Source of the DNA: an uncultured Alphaproteobacteria bacterium
GTDB taxonomy: Bacteria > Pseudomonadota > Alphaproteobacteria > Rs-D84
Assembly: GCA_904502095.1 (NCBI GenBank)
Contig: CAJGDG010000003.1
Span: forward strand, 1-60,908
DNA: 60,908 nucleotides
Direction of reading: 5' to 3'
Part shown: piece after piece, positions 8,678-24,700 of the stretch
Layout of the letters: each line of letters begins with the position of its first letter
Position numbering within the stretch: the stretch's first letter is position 1
Notes under the pieces: model-generated
Seen by the model: the letters and a program-made list of their open reading frames with translations, nothing else
Databases searched by the model: none
Told to the model about the DNA's origin: nothing
Program-made: the position numbers and the translations under genes

Positions 8678-9412
8678 CTAGTTAAAAGTACATACCCAGC
8701 CATCACGTGTAATCTGTGGCAACACCGGTTCTTTTTCACAAAACTTTACAGCATTTTGCGCACTGGCATCTAATTGCTCCAAAGAAACCGTACTGCCATC
8801 GCACACCAAGACTGTTCGCGCTTGACTTATAGAGGCCCATGCATTAGTGCAACCATTTTTTTTCAAGACCTCCTTTAAACAATCCTGTCTAAAAAGTTTT
8901 TCGGTGGCACTAGCCGGAGATGGACCTTTTATATTACCCGCAGGATAAACTTTCCTTAATGACTTTAAAAAACTATACGCATCGCTTTGTGATGTCTTGT
9001 TTCCTTTAGTCGCCTGTTGTTCTTCCATTTGATATTTTAAAGCGTAAACAGTCAAAGACACACAATAACCGCTAACCATTTCTTCGGTCACACTCCTATT
9101 AAATGCATGTTTTAAATTCATACATTCATCATACGCTTCCATGACCGAAACATGAAGCACGTTTCTTTCTTTGTTCCAATACTTCTGCTTCAACTTAACT
9201 ATAAAATTCTCAAACTCCGATTTAGGCACATTTAATTTTTGCGACACATTTGAATTATTATACGCATTCTCAAAAGATTGATACACAATGTCCACTTTCG
9301 TGTTGAGCTTCATTTTGTTAAATTCGTCTTGTGTCACAATCAGTTCGTCTGCCTGTACAGACAACGAGCCAACAAAGCATAAACAAACAGCTGTTAGTAA
9401 AATCTTTTTCAT
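8678..9412 (-). CDS. Secreted hypothetical protein (about 244 aa, 8 Cys)
   Basis: Signal peptide MKKILLTAVCLCFVGSLSVQA. Its ATG overlaps the upstream stop as TAATG. Confidence 0.65.
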   Translation of the reverse strand: MKKILLTAVCLCFVGSLSVQADELIVTQDEFNKMKLNTKVDIVYQSFENAYNNSNVSQKLNVPKSEFENFIVKLKQKYWNKERNVLHVSVMEAYDECMNLKHAFNRSVTEEMVSGYCVSLTVYALKYQMEEQQATKGNKTSQSDAYSFLKSLRKVYPAGNIKGPSPASATEKLFRQDCLKEVLKKNGCTNAWASISQARTVLVCDGSTVSLEQLDASAQNAVKFCEKEPVLPQITRDGWVCTFN

Positions 9413-10383
9413 TATTTTAATGCCTCCTCGCACTGTTCTGCGGTTTCAATTACGCGTTTAGCCGCGGATATTTGGGTTGCGTTAAACACTGTCGATGTTA
9501 ATGAGGCCGCTGTTGTCACGCCCGCCAATACATTTGATGCAGTGTTTAAATTTTTCGCTTTTTCTGCGTTTTCACGCGTCTGGTCTGTGTTTGCAATCCC
9601 AGATGTTATTGTCCCTGCAAGGCCTGTGGCCGCACCAATGCCACTGGATACAGTTGCCCCAGTCGCGCGTGCGTTAATTTTTTTGACATCTTCCAGATTA
9701 TATTTATTACATGCGCTGATGACTTTGTCTGCGTGCGCAATTTCTTCGTCAGTTGCACTGCCATCCAAAGATGCCTGCGTCTTCATATAAGACAATGTTT
9801 GTATCGCGCCGGCGCATGCGCCAATTTGCGTAATTAAATCTGTTTTTACTTGGTTTATACCAGAAATCACTGCACCAGCGATGTTGGTCGCCGTGGCAGT
9901 CGCCATCAATCCTGTGCGCGCATCACCAAGTTTTTTGGATTTTTCTTCTAATTCTTTTTGTTGTTTCTCTAAGTCGGCCAGATTTGTTGTTGTGCCATCT
10001 ACATTATCCTCAGACACACTAAGCTGTTGTCTTGCATACTGCTCTAATTCTTGTTGCAACTGTCCGGGATTTGTGTCTGCAGGCAATGGATTTGGGCGTG
10101 GAGTCGCCGCCTTTATCCTCTCAATTTCTTTGCGGATATCATCCAATTCTTCATCCGTACCGGTTTTCACAACACCAACAGCCGTCGCGCCACCACCGAC
10201 AGCCGTACCAACAGCGGACACCGCAGTACCAACCCCAGCAAGTTTTTTTATATCATTTAATTGTTCGGAAATTCCACTGCAATGTTTGCGTGCGTTTGCC
10301 ATTGCATCGACCAATGACTTTTCATCTGCCCCAAACGCATTATTTGCAATAAGCAGCAAAGACGACAAAAACATTAATTTCAA
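9412..10383 (-). CDS. Secreted protein with Gly/Ala/Thr-rich segments and a central coiled-coil-like region
   Basis: The predicted start is TTG at 10383, 5 nt after AAGGAGG, giving MKLMFLSSLLLIANNAFG. An alternative ATG lies at 10374. Glycine-zipper-like stretches are AVSAVGTAVGGGATAVGVV and SSGIGAATGLAGTITSGI. Confidence 0.65.
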   Translation of the reverse strand: MKLMFLSSLLLIANNAFGADEKSLVDAMANARKHCSGISEQLNDIKKLAGVGTAVSAVGTAVGGGATAVGVVKTGTDEELDDIRKEIERIKAATPRPNPLPADTNPGQLQQELEQYARQQLSVSEDNVDGTTTNLADLEKQQKELEEKSKKLGDARTGLMATATATNIAGAVISGINQVKTDLITQIGACAGAIQTLSYMKTQASLDGSATDEEIAHADKVISACNKYNLEDVKKINARATGATVSSGIGAATGLAGTITSGIANTDQTRENAEKAKNLNTASNVLAGVTTAASLTSTVFNATQISAAKRVIETAEQCEEALK

Positions 10384-10402
10384 CACATCCTCCTTTTTGA
10401 AT

Positions 10403-10572
10403 AAAAAAACCACCAAAAAATACAGGTGGTTGGAGTTTAAGAACAATGTTGAGAATTGCGTGTGTTATTCAATATATTCCACACACTCCAACCACGTTCA
10501 TGGTTGGATTTTTCATCTTTTTACAGACGCTCAACATGGGTTCTTAAGCCCATCGACAGAATTCCTGTCGAC
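10403..10572 (-). promoter_or_regulatory. Leader-RNA motif copy 2 plus terminator/antiterminator platform (candidate transcriptional riboswitch or attenuator)
   Basis: P1 ATGTTGAG/CTCAACAT encloses three hairpins: P2 CGTCT-GTAAAA-AGATG, P3 TCCAACCA-TGAACG-TGGTTGGA, and P4 GTGTGTG-[GAATATATTGAATAA]-CACACGC. A terminator AACCACC-N10-GGTGGTT plus U-tract follows. Its 5' flank CTCCAACCAC is the exact complement of the P3 3' arm. Confidence 0.6.
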
Positions 10573-10611
10573 AAAGTAATATTATCACATTTTTATTCAT
10601 AAAACAATTAT

Positions 10612-10633
10612 AAAAAACCGCCCAATCGGGCGG
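10612..10633 (-). terminator. Terminator after rpsI
   Basis: Minus strand reads CCGCCC-GATT-GGGCGG followed by TTTTTT. Confidence 0.7.
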
Positions 10634-10656
10634 TTTGAAAAAGGTGTTCCAAACGA

Positions 10657-11145
10657 TTAACGTTTGCTGAACTGTGTCGAACGACGAGCCTTGCGATAAC
10701 CATAGTGCTTACGTTCAACAACACGGCTGTCGCGTGTCAAGAAGCCAGCGGCCTTTAACGCAGCGCGCAATTCTGGTTCAACTTTTTCCAACGCTTTGGA
10801 AATACCGTGTTTAACAGCACCCGCCTGACCAGACAAACCGCCACCTTCTACCATTGCGACAATATCATACGCAGTTTCGCGTTTTGTCACTTCGAATGGT
10901 TGTGCGATAATCATCTGCAATACAGCACGACGGAAATATTCGCTGGATGCTTTACCATTAACTGTGATATTACCCTTACCTGGCACCAAATATACGCGTG
11001 CAACAGAATCTTTACGTTTACCTGTTGCGTATGTTGCGTCATTCAGTTTTGGTGTTGCAACTGGTGCTGCTGCCTTGGCAACTGTTTTCTTTGCAGGGGC
11101 AGCTTTTTTAACTGTTTTTGTTGCTGTTTTCTTTGCTTCTGCCAT
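10657..11145 (-). CDS. rpsI: 30S ribosomal protein S9 with a Lys/Ala-rich N-terminal extension
   Basis: The C-terminus [13 protein letters not shown] and the core [19 protein letters not shown] are typical of S9. The start overlaps the rplM stop (TAATG). Confidence 0.95.
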   Translation of the reverse strand: MAEAKKTATKTVKKAAPAKKTVAKAAAPVATPKLNDATYATGKRKDSVARVYLVPGKGNITVNGKASSEYFRRAVLQMIIAQPFEVTKRETAYDIVAMVEGGGLSGQAGAVKHGISKALEKVEPELRAALKAAGFLTRDSRVVERKHYGYRKARRSTQFSKR

Positions 11146-11618
11146 TATTCGCCCCTTTTGTTTTTACGATTCAAGCCTGCAAAATCAATAACCTGTGGAT
11201 TTTGTGCGGCGTGTTTGTGTTCGCTGCCTGCGTATACATGCAGTTTTGTTAAGCGCTGATTTGCCAATGCAACTGCTGTACGACGACCCATCATACGCTT
11301 AACAGCATTGAAAACCAATTTTTCTGGTTTTTCGCTGCGCATCTGACCCAATGTGCGTGATTTCAAAGAACCTGTCCACAAAGAGTGCCAAAAGAAACGG
11401 TCTTTGTCAGCCTTGTGACCAGATAAAGCAACCTTGTCAGCATTGATGATAACAACATGATCGCCGCAATCCATATTTGGTGTCCATGTTGGTTTATGTT
11501 TACCACGCAGAATGTTTGCAGTATATGCCGCCAAACGTCCCAGCGTGCAATCAGTTGCGTCAATCAGATACCATTTGGCTTCTAATTCGCATTTTTTTAA
11601 CGATTTTGTCGCTGCCAT
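11145..11618 (-). CDS. rplM: 50S ribosomal protein L13
   Basis: [30 protein letters not shown] is the L13 signature, and the gene order is the conserved rplM-rpsI. Confidence 0.95.
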   Translation of the reverse strand: MAATKSLKKCELEAKWYLIDATDCTLGRLAAYTANILRGKHKPTWTPNMDCGDHVVIINADKVALSGHKADKDRFFWHSLWTGSLKSRTLGQMRSEKPEKLVFNAVKRMMGRRTAVALANQRLTKLHVYAGSEHKHAAQNPQVIDFAGLNRKNKRGE

Positions 11619-11725
11619 TTTATTTTTACCCTTGGTTTATAAATTAAAGCGTGCACATTATGACCCAACACCGCAGAAAAGTCAAGAAAAATCAATACGG
11701 TATTATTATACCATGGCACAAACAA

Positions 11726-11750
11726 ATAAAAACGCCCCATTTGGGGCGCC
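11726..11750 (-). terminator. Terminator after the autotransporter gene
   Basis: Minus strand reads GCGCCCC-AAAT-GGGGCG followed by TTTTT. Confidence 0.65.
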
Positions 11751-11756
11751 CTATCC

Positions 11757-18214
<6,458 letters not shown>

Positions 18215-18243
18215 TCCATTCGGATTGGAGAAAAAAACAAGTC

Positions 18244-18275
18244 GGGGGGCGCGGATTTTCGCCCCCCTTATTGTT
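18244..18275 (+). terminator. Terminator after eno
   Basis: GGGGGGCG-CGGATTTT-CGCCCCCC followed by a T-rich tract. Confidence 0.65.
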
Positions 18276-18293
18276 TAACGAAAGGAAGATTTT

Positions 18294-18500
18294 ATGATTA
18301 CCACCGCGGAAATAATATTATATGTAAAATATGTCTTATGCATTTTAATCACAATTGGCATATTTATGGCACCCGCATGGGTTGCACGTCAAAACGGCAA
18401 AGGCAAACCAGATATGCACGCAGTTCGTCTGGGCAGTTGGGTTTTTGGTTGGTCAATCGTTGGATGGCTGTGGTCATTATTTTGGGCCGTACGAAAATAA
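18294..18500 (+). CDS. Small membrane protein, superinfection-immunity (Imm)-like family
   Basis: 68 aa with two TM helices. The motif GWSIVGWLWSLFWAV resembles the GW..GW..L.WA signature of Imm_superinfect-type proteins. Confidence 0.55.
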   Translation: MITTAEIILYVKYVLCILITIGIFMAPAWVARQNGKGKPDMHAVRLGSWVFGWSIVGWLWSLFWAVRK

Positions 18501-18523
18501 AAACGCCCAGTTGGGCGTTTTTT
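18498..18523. terminator. Bidirectional terminator
   Basis: A-run, ACGCCCA-G-TTGGGCGT, then TTTTT, between convergent genes. Confidence 0.65.
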
Positions 18524-19376
18524 AAATTAAACCAAACTTTGTTATATAGTTAAACGATATTCCCATTACAAAGTTGCTGCCGTAAACATCAACACCACGG
18601 GCACGCGCACGACGATACTGAACATATGGCCCCATTGTTAAATCGCCCCACAAATTTGTATCCAAACGCACAACCGCACTTAAATCGCGTTCTAAATCCA
18701 TCGGAACAAATTCAGAATAGCTTAAATATTCACGATAATATCCATTGGTTGAAAATTTTACGCCTTCGCGCACTTCATATTCCATACGCCAACCCAATTC
18801 TGCGGCCAGTTTACTGGTTGGCTGACCTGAATATGTAAAATCGTATTCATATACGCCCGCCAGATACAAACTTTTAATAATTTCATTATCAAACAGTGAA
18901 ATACCGCCATTTGCACGCAAAATATTTTGACGCGGCGCAGAACCTGCCGATTTAAATTCTGTATCATACGCTGCACGAACAGTTGGACCTAACTTAAATC
19001 CTGAAAATTCCCAACACGCATAAGATAAATCACTGGACAGCACAATATCATCAGCATTTTCACTGACTGTCTCTACCCCATCATACGGGCGCAATTTTGT
19101 TTCGCCATATTCCATAAACAGCGCATTTGTCCACTGGAATCTGTCTTTGTTATATTCCAATGCAGTATCAAAAATACCCTTGATAAAATCCTGGCTGTCT
19201 GCGTTCAGCGCAGAAACAGGCGAATCCTGATATTTATCAGCATGTCTTACATCAGTTTTTGACCATTCCAGACCAATACGGCGAACATTTAAATCCAATT
19301 TTGCAGTTGCGCTTTCATCCGCCAACGCAGCAACAGGCATCAAGGCAGCCATCGCAATCAGTGATATTTTTTTCAT
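18522..19376 (-). CDS. Outer-membrane beta-barrel protein (hypothetical)
   Basis: Signal peptide MKKISLIAMAALMPVAALA, alternating aromatic/polar beta-strand pattern, and a C-terminal aromatic-rich strand. Confidence 0.6.
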   Translation of the reverse strand: MKKISLIAMAALMPVAALADESATAKLDLNVRRIGLEWSKTDVRHADKYQDSPVSALNADSQDFIKGIFDTALEYNKDRFQWTNALFMEYGETKLRPYDGVETVSENADDIVLSSDLSYACWEFSGFKLGPTVRAAYDTEFKSAGSAPRQNILRANGGISLFDNEIIKSLYLAGVYEYDFTYSGQPTSKLAAELGWRMEYEVREGVKFSTNGYYREYLSYSEFVPMDLERDLSAVVRLDTNLWGDLTMGPYVQYRRARARGVDVYGSNFVMGISFNYITKFGLI

Positions 19377-19399
19377 GATTTCATCCCCATTGTTTAAAA

Positions 19400-20014
19400 T
19401 TATTTCCAAATATTCAGCACACCGTCTTTGTCGGCATATTTCCACCCTGCCCCACGCACAGCAATTGTAAAGTTTCCGCGCGCAGACACAGGCAATTCAA
19501 AACGCACAACATTGCCTGAGATATTTTTCACACCCAGATTAATATTTTGCTCTGCTGCGATTCTGTTTAAATCGGCCCAATTTCCCAATCTGTTTGATAA
19601 TGTTGCCAGGACAACGAACACATCTTGGGAATCGCTGGTTGGCAACCAGTTTTGAACGCCGTTTTTATCCAGCCACTGTTGCGCGACATCCACATCCACA
19701 ACCATAGAAACATTTGCTGAATATGCCGTATCCGAAATCTGTTCTCCATCAATACTGACCGACGAAATCAGCGCAGTTAAATCATTCGCGGACGCGGTTT
19801 GAAACAGTTCATTAAAAGCATCTGCGTCTGCATATTGCCGCAACACATCTCCAACAATTTGACGACGCGCCTCTGCCAACGCCATATTTTTTGCATTTGC
19901 AGAAGTATCGCTGGTCATATTAACAGACATCGCACCACGCAATTCCAACGCATCCGCCCCGGACGCCCCGAACAACACAACCAAACCGACAAAAAGACAC
20001 TTTAAATACTTCAT
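19400..20014 (-). CDS. Secreted or periplasmic hypothetical protein
   Basis: Signal peptide MKYLKCLFVGLVVLFGASGADA. It sits 7 nt after the upstream OMP gene and 23 nt before the next. Confidence 0.55.
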   Translation of the reverse strand: MKYLKCLFVGLVVLFGASGADALELRGAMSVNMTSDTSANAKNMALAEARRQIVGDVLRQYADADAFNELFQTASANDLTALISSVSIDGEQISDTAYSANVSMVVDVDVAQQWLDKNGVQNWLPTSDSQDVFVVLATLSNRLGNWADLNRIAAEQNINLGVKNISGNVVRFELPVSARGNFTIAVRGAGWKYADKDGVLNIWK

Positions 20015-20021
20015 AACTTTA

Positions 20022-21527
20022 TCAGAATCTTGCATTTATACCCACGCGCACGCCCAACGATTTATAGAAAGATTCTATTTCGCCGCCAGCACTGCATACC
20101 CAACCTGGGCATTCTTGTTCTATTTCCATAATGCTGATTGCAGTATCATTACCAGTTTCAGGGTCCAACATAGCTTCTTCGGTCAATCCCAACGCTTCAT
20201 ATCCAGCCAAGATTTCATTATAAACACCCATATAGTAATCTTCGTTCAGATATGTTTTTGCATCAGCATCACTGACGGTATAATAATCATATGTCACGCC
20301 AATTGTCAAAGAAACCTTGTCGCTAAGCGCGGTTTTCCAATTTGCGCCCAACCCCAAATGGAACGCGCCACCAACACCTGCACTGTCTTCGACAGACGTT
20401 GGATGCGCCCAATCAAAACGATACGGTTGGTCACCTGTTGCTGTATACGACGGCAGTCCCAATTCCACACGCGCATCAACAGAATTATTAGCGTTGATAT
20501 CATACAACATATCCAACGCCAAATAAGGCCCAGACCATTCAACTTCATATTTATGGCTGATTCCTGGCTGGGCATAATAATAATTCCCACCCAGATCTAA
20601 GAAACCACCCTCCAGCACCGGGATATATCCATCTTCATTGCGTCTAACCAAAACCAAATCTTCCGTATTAACAGTCCCATCCTTCAATGTATACCAAATA
20701 AACACAGGGTCGCATTGCGTTTCATCTGTCCCGTCAACGCCATAACAACTGTACCCACCATCAAACGTTTCCATCGCCAGCCCGTGATTATTATGCGTTT
20801 CCAAAGTATACTTTAAATAACGCCACCCAACAGACGGAGTAATCTTTAAATTGCCCCACTTCATAAAATCTTTCAACCCGATTCCGCCATTAAATCCCAA
20901 CATAGAACCATCTTTACTGGTACCTATTGACAACGCGTGTCCAATCTGTTGATACGAGGCCACAACATTCTCATAGTCGTCTGTTTCGTCATATTCCGCA
21001 ACTAAATATCCTCCATTAGTAATATCATCGTCAACCATGGTTGATTCGCCTGCCTGCATTCCATATTGGAACGAACCCGCGATTTGAACCTGGGTATTTC
21101 CGGCATCAAAAACATAACCAGCATTAACATCAAAAACATTCCAATCAACATTATCATAATGCAGCACAGAATCAGAAGTCTTCATTTCAAATTGCCACAT
21201 AGAAGTTTGGCGCGACAACCCCGCCCCCAAAGTAAAGCCTTTTTGGTCGGCGCCCGTGTTTTTCACCTGTGTTTTTTCCTGTTGTGAATTCGTACGCTGA
21301 TACGCATTTGTTTTGGTTGTATATCCCGCATTTGCATATTGATTCCGCGAATACGCAGAAATTCCCTGTTGTGCATAACCACCGCCCCTGTAATTATTAA
21401 CACGCTGCGTATATCTGGTCTGGGGCGACTGATAATTTCCGGTATAATATGTCCCAGCAGCATTTACGGTTAACGGCGCAAAAACAGCCGCCATTCCACC
21501 AAACAAGAATCTAGATATTTTTTTCAT
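20022..21527 (-). CDS. Outer-membrane beta-barrel protein with an N-terminal Q/N/Y/G-rich low-complexity region
   Basis: Signal peptide MKKISRFLFGGMAAVFAPLTVNA. The C-terminus GVRVGINARF carries the terminal Phe typical of OMPs. Confidence 0.65.
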   Translation of the reverse strand: MKKISRFLFGGMAAVFAPLTVNAAGTYYTGNYQSPQTRYTQRVNNYRGGGYAQQGISAYSRNQYANAGYTTKTNAYQRTNSQQEKTQVKNTGADQKGFTLGAGLSRQTSMWQFEMKTSDSVLHYDNVDWNVFDVNAGYVFDAGNTQVQIAGSFQYGMQAGESTMVDDDITNGGYLVAEYDETDDYENVVASYQQIGHALSIGTSKDGSMLGFNGGIGLKDFMKWGNLKITPSVGWRYLKYTLETHNNHGLAMETFDGGYSCYGVDGTDETQCDPVFIWYTLKDGTVNTEDLVLVRRNEDGYIPVLEGGFLDLGGNYYYAQPGISHKYEVEWSGPYLALDMLYDINANNSVDARVELGLPSYTATGDQPYRFDWAHPTSVEDSAGVGGAFHLGLGANWKTALSDKVSLTIGVTYDYYTVSDADAKTYLNEDYYMGVYNEILAGYEALGLTEEAMLDPETGNDTAISIMEIEQECPGWVCSAGGEIESFYKSLGVRVGINARF

Positions 21528-21612
21528 CTTTTTCCTTCCATATAAAATTCCTTTATATAATATCATAAAAATTGTTGAAAAACAAACCCCAAGTTGTAAA
21601 AATACAACCATT

Positions 21613-21697
21613 GCGATCATGGCGGAATTGGTAGACGCGCAGCACTAAGGATGCTGTAGGGAAACCTGTGGGGGTTCAAGTCCCCCTGGTCGCACCA
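21613..21697 (+). tRNA. tRNA-Leu, class II, anticodon reads AAG
   Basis: Acceptor GCGATCA/TGGTCGC, D-arm GGCGGAATTGGTAGACGC, anticodon stem CAGCA/TGCTG with loop CTAAGGA, a long variable arm, T-arm GGGGG-TTCAAGT-CCCCC, encoded CCA. Confidence 0.85.
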
Positions 21698-21774
21698 CAA
21701 AGTCCCCTATCCCCTATCAACCAGTTTACCACTTGACCCGTTTTTCATAAATTTGCTAACATTGATTACAAGGA

Positions 21775-24700
21775 ATGAAGGGAATACGACTACTTTTAGC
21801 TGTATTGCTTGTACCGCTTGCGTTTCAAGCGGTTGCGGCTGACGACATGACCGACGCATCACGCGCCGCTGTGCGTCGTGGCGCAACCACAACAACCAAC
21901 GCTGCGAATCGGCAGAAAACAACTAAGCCCGACACACGAACCACACAAAATCAAACCGCATCAAGAAATATTGCTTCGCCAACAGGGACTGTACGCGAAC
22001 GCACAAACAAACAAACGGACGCACCACGCAGTGGCAATGTTATCGACAATAAAACCAGGGGCGCCATTTCACAATCTGCGCCAAAATCTGTTGTGGCGCG
22101 CGCCACATCAAATCTACAATCGCGCAGTGCGGACGCACCATCACGTGTATCTGCCCGCAAAAATCAGGGTACGGCACAATCAAACGCGTTGCGCTCACGC
22201 ACGGCCAAGACATCTTCACGCAACGCATTAACCACGCGCACAGCGACACAAACGCGTCCATCAATGGTTTCGCGCGCCGCCACCACGGATGCAGCTGGCG
22301 CAATTGCGGGCCGCGATTTTACCGCATGCAAAAAAGTTTTTTATGATTGCATGGACGAATTTTGCGCCAACAAAGATGCCGGCTTAAAACGTTGTGCATG
22401 CTCCACGCGCATCAATGAATTTGACGGCATCAAGAAACAGTTGGCGAACGCCGAAGACAAACTGTTGGATTTCAGCCAGCGTCTATTAACGGTCAGCATG
22501 GACAAAGAAGATGCATTGGCGCTGAACACCGCCACCGAAGGCGAAATTGCGTATGCACAAACCGACGACAGCGAATCTAAAAAGTTGCTGGACAGCATTT
22601 CAAAAAAATTAAATGCCAGTTTTGACGACGACAACTTTAATCAGAGTTTGAACGCCATATCATTATCATTGGACAGCGCGTCCGCATTTGACGACATCGA
22701 TTCGATGATGGGTGCAACCACCACGACAAAATCGGGCACGGCGTTATACAACGACGCATTACCGATATGCCGTGAAATGGCACTAGAGATTTGTTCCGAA
22801 TCGGATGTTGATATTGTAGAGAGCGGATATCAAATGGCGATAGAGCAAGATTGCAACACCGTTGCGAAATCATACGCATCACAAACGGAACAGACCCGCG
22901 CAAAAATACTGGAAAGCAGCGCGCTGTTAGACATGTCGCGATTAAGCAAACACCAAGAACAAAACTCCGACGACATATTGACCTGCAAGAAAAAGATGTT
23001 AACTGCGCTGTCAGAACCGTCTGTTTGTGGCGAAAACTTGACCAAGTGTCTTGACACAACGGGCAAATACATTGACCCATCGACTGGCGAAGCGTTTTTA
23101 ACAGACAGTTTGGCTGACCTGGGCCAATTAATTATACGCCCAGATTCGGAACACAAATGGAAAACAGTTCCTGAAAACGAAAAATTTGTATCATTTTTGA
23201 ATTCCAAAAAAGTATATTTAGAACCAGCGATGAAGAATTGCCAAACTGTTGCAGATCACGTATGGGACGAATTCATCGAAGACGCATTGGCCCAGATTAA
23301 ATTGGCCCAGGAATCGAAATTAGAAACGGTTCGCCAATCATGCACGACCTTGATGACCCAGTGTTTGGACACTGCGAACAAAAACATATCTGAATTTGAT
23401 GCGCGTGCATTATCTATCTTTGGGGTCAATGCTGATGTCACTGTCAACGCGATGTGTGCAGATGTACGCACTGCATGTACTGCATTAATGAACGCGACCG
23501 ACACGAATCCGGACACCCCAGGTTCATCTGACACATCGGACACATGGGATACCGGCATGACGGAAATTGCGGCATCAAAATCATTTGAAACGATTCTGAA
23601 AACATGTCGTGAAGTTGGCAAAAACTGTATTATCCGCGAATGCACATCAACATCGGGGAACTTTGGGCTGTGTGAAAACATAAACACATCAATTAATCGC
23701 AAATCCATTATTAATCGCCGCAGTTGTTGGAACGAAGTAAAAGAATGTGTCAGCAATGCAGGCGTTGACACATTGGCACAAATCATGAAAAACGAGGGCC
23801 GTGAAGAAATCGGCAATTGGTACGATTTGTTGTATGGTCCAGAATACGCCACATCACCAGCAACAATTGATCCATCAATTACGAACGATAATATCTATAA
23901 AAAATGGTCTATCGACCATTTGTGCACCGAAAACGACGGATACGCATGTTACATTGCGGAACGCATTTGGGGCAACTGCGAATTCCCACCAAGCACAATA
24001 AAAGAAGGCACCAACGATAAAGAACACAATGCAATTATTACTAACCAGGGCGACAACGAAACATTATTGTCGTGGTTTGCGCGCAACACCGGCACAGAAA
24101 ACGCAACTGACAGCTGTCGCGACACAACCTGCGCACCGGCCCAAACATATTTTGAGGCGACTTGTATCAGCAACAACAATTTCGCGGACTCTGGCGAATA
24201 TTGCCCAGTGGAAACCGACAACAGCTATAAAAAATTTAATATCTATGACGGCACAACCAATTGTTGCCAAAGCGCAAATCTTTTGGACAACGCCGTATGC
24301 TGTCAAGAAAGTTCTAACAGCGCCGTCAAGCACGCCAACTATGCGGCGCCAGCAGATTCAACTATCACTGTACCACAGAAACTGTGCACCCCGGACGGAA
24401 ACATCGAATCCCAATATGTATTTACCCTTTCCAGACCCGAAAATCCCGACTCTCAACTTTCGCTTGTTTGCATGGACGGGTACCCGATATATTCTGACAA
24501 TTCCATAACTTGTACTGGCGCCTATGTATTGGTTAGACATGATAAAGATGGCAAAAACCCAAAAATGAAGGTTATAAATACGGAGAATACCTTACAGGCG
24601 CAAACATATTATCTGCCATCGGGGTCAGTAGAACAAACAAACATGGAAAACAAAACAATAACCGCTGTGCAAACGCTGAACCAAGAAATGGACAATTGGA

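Noticed and set aside
9881-10579. 232-aa plus-strand ORF spanning the antisense of the 9412-10383 gene and the leader region.
   Set aside because: It is antisense to a gene with a signal peptide and SD. The product is Ser/Cys/Phe-rich nonsense, and the ORF runs through the structured leader and terminator.
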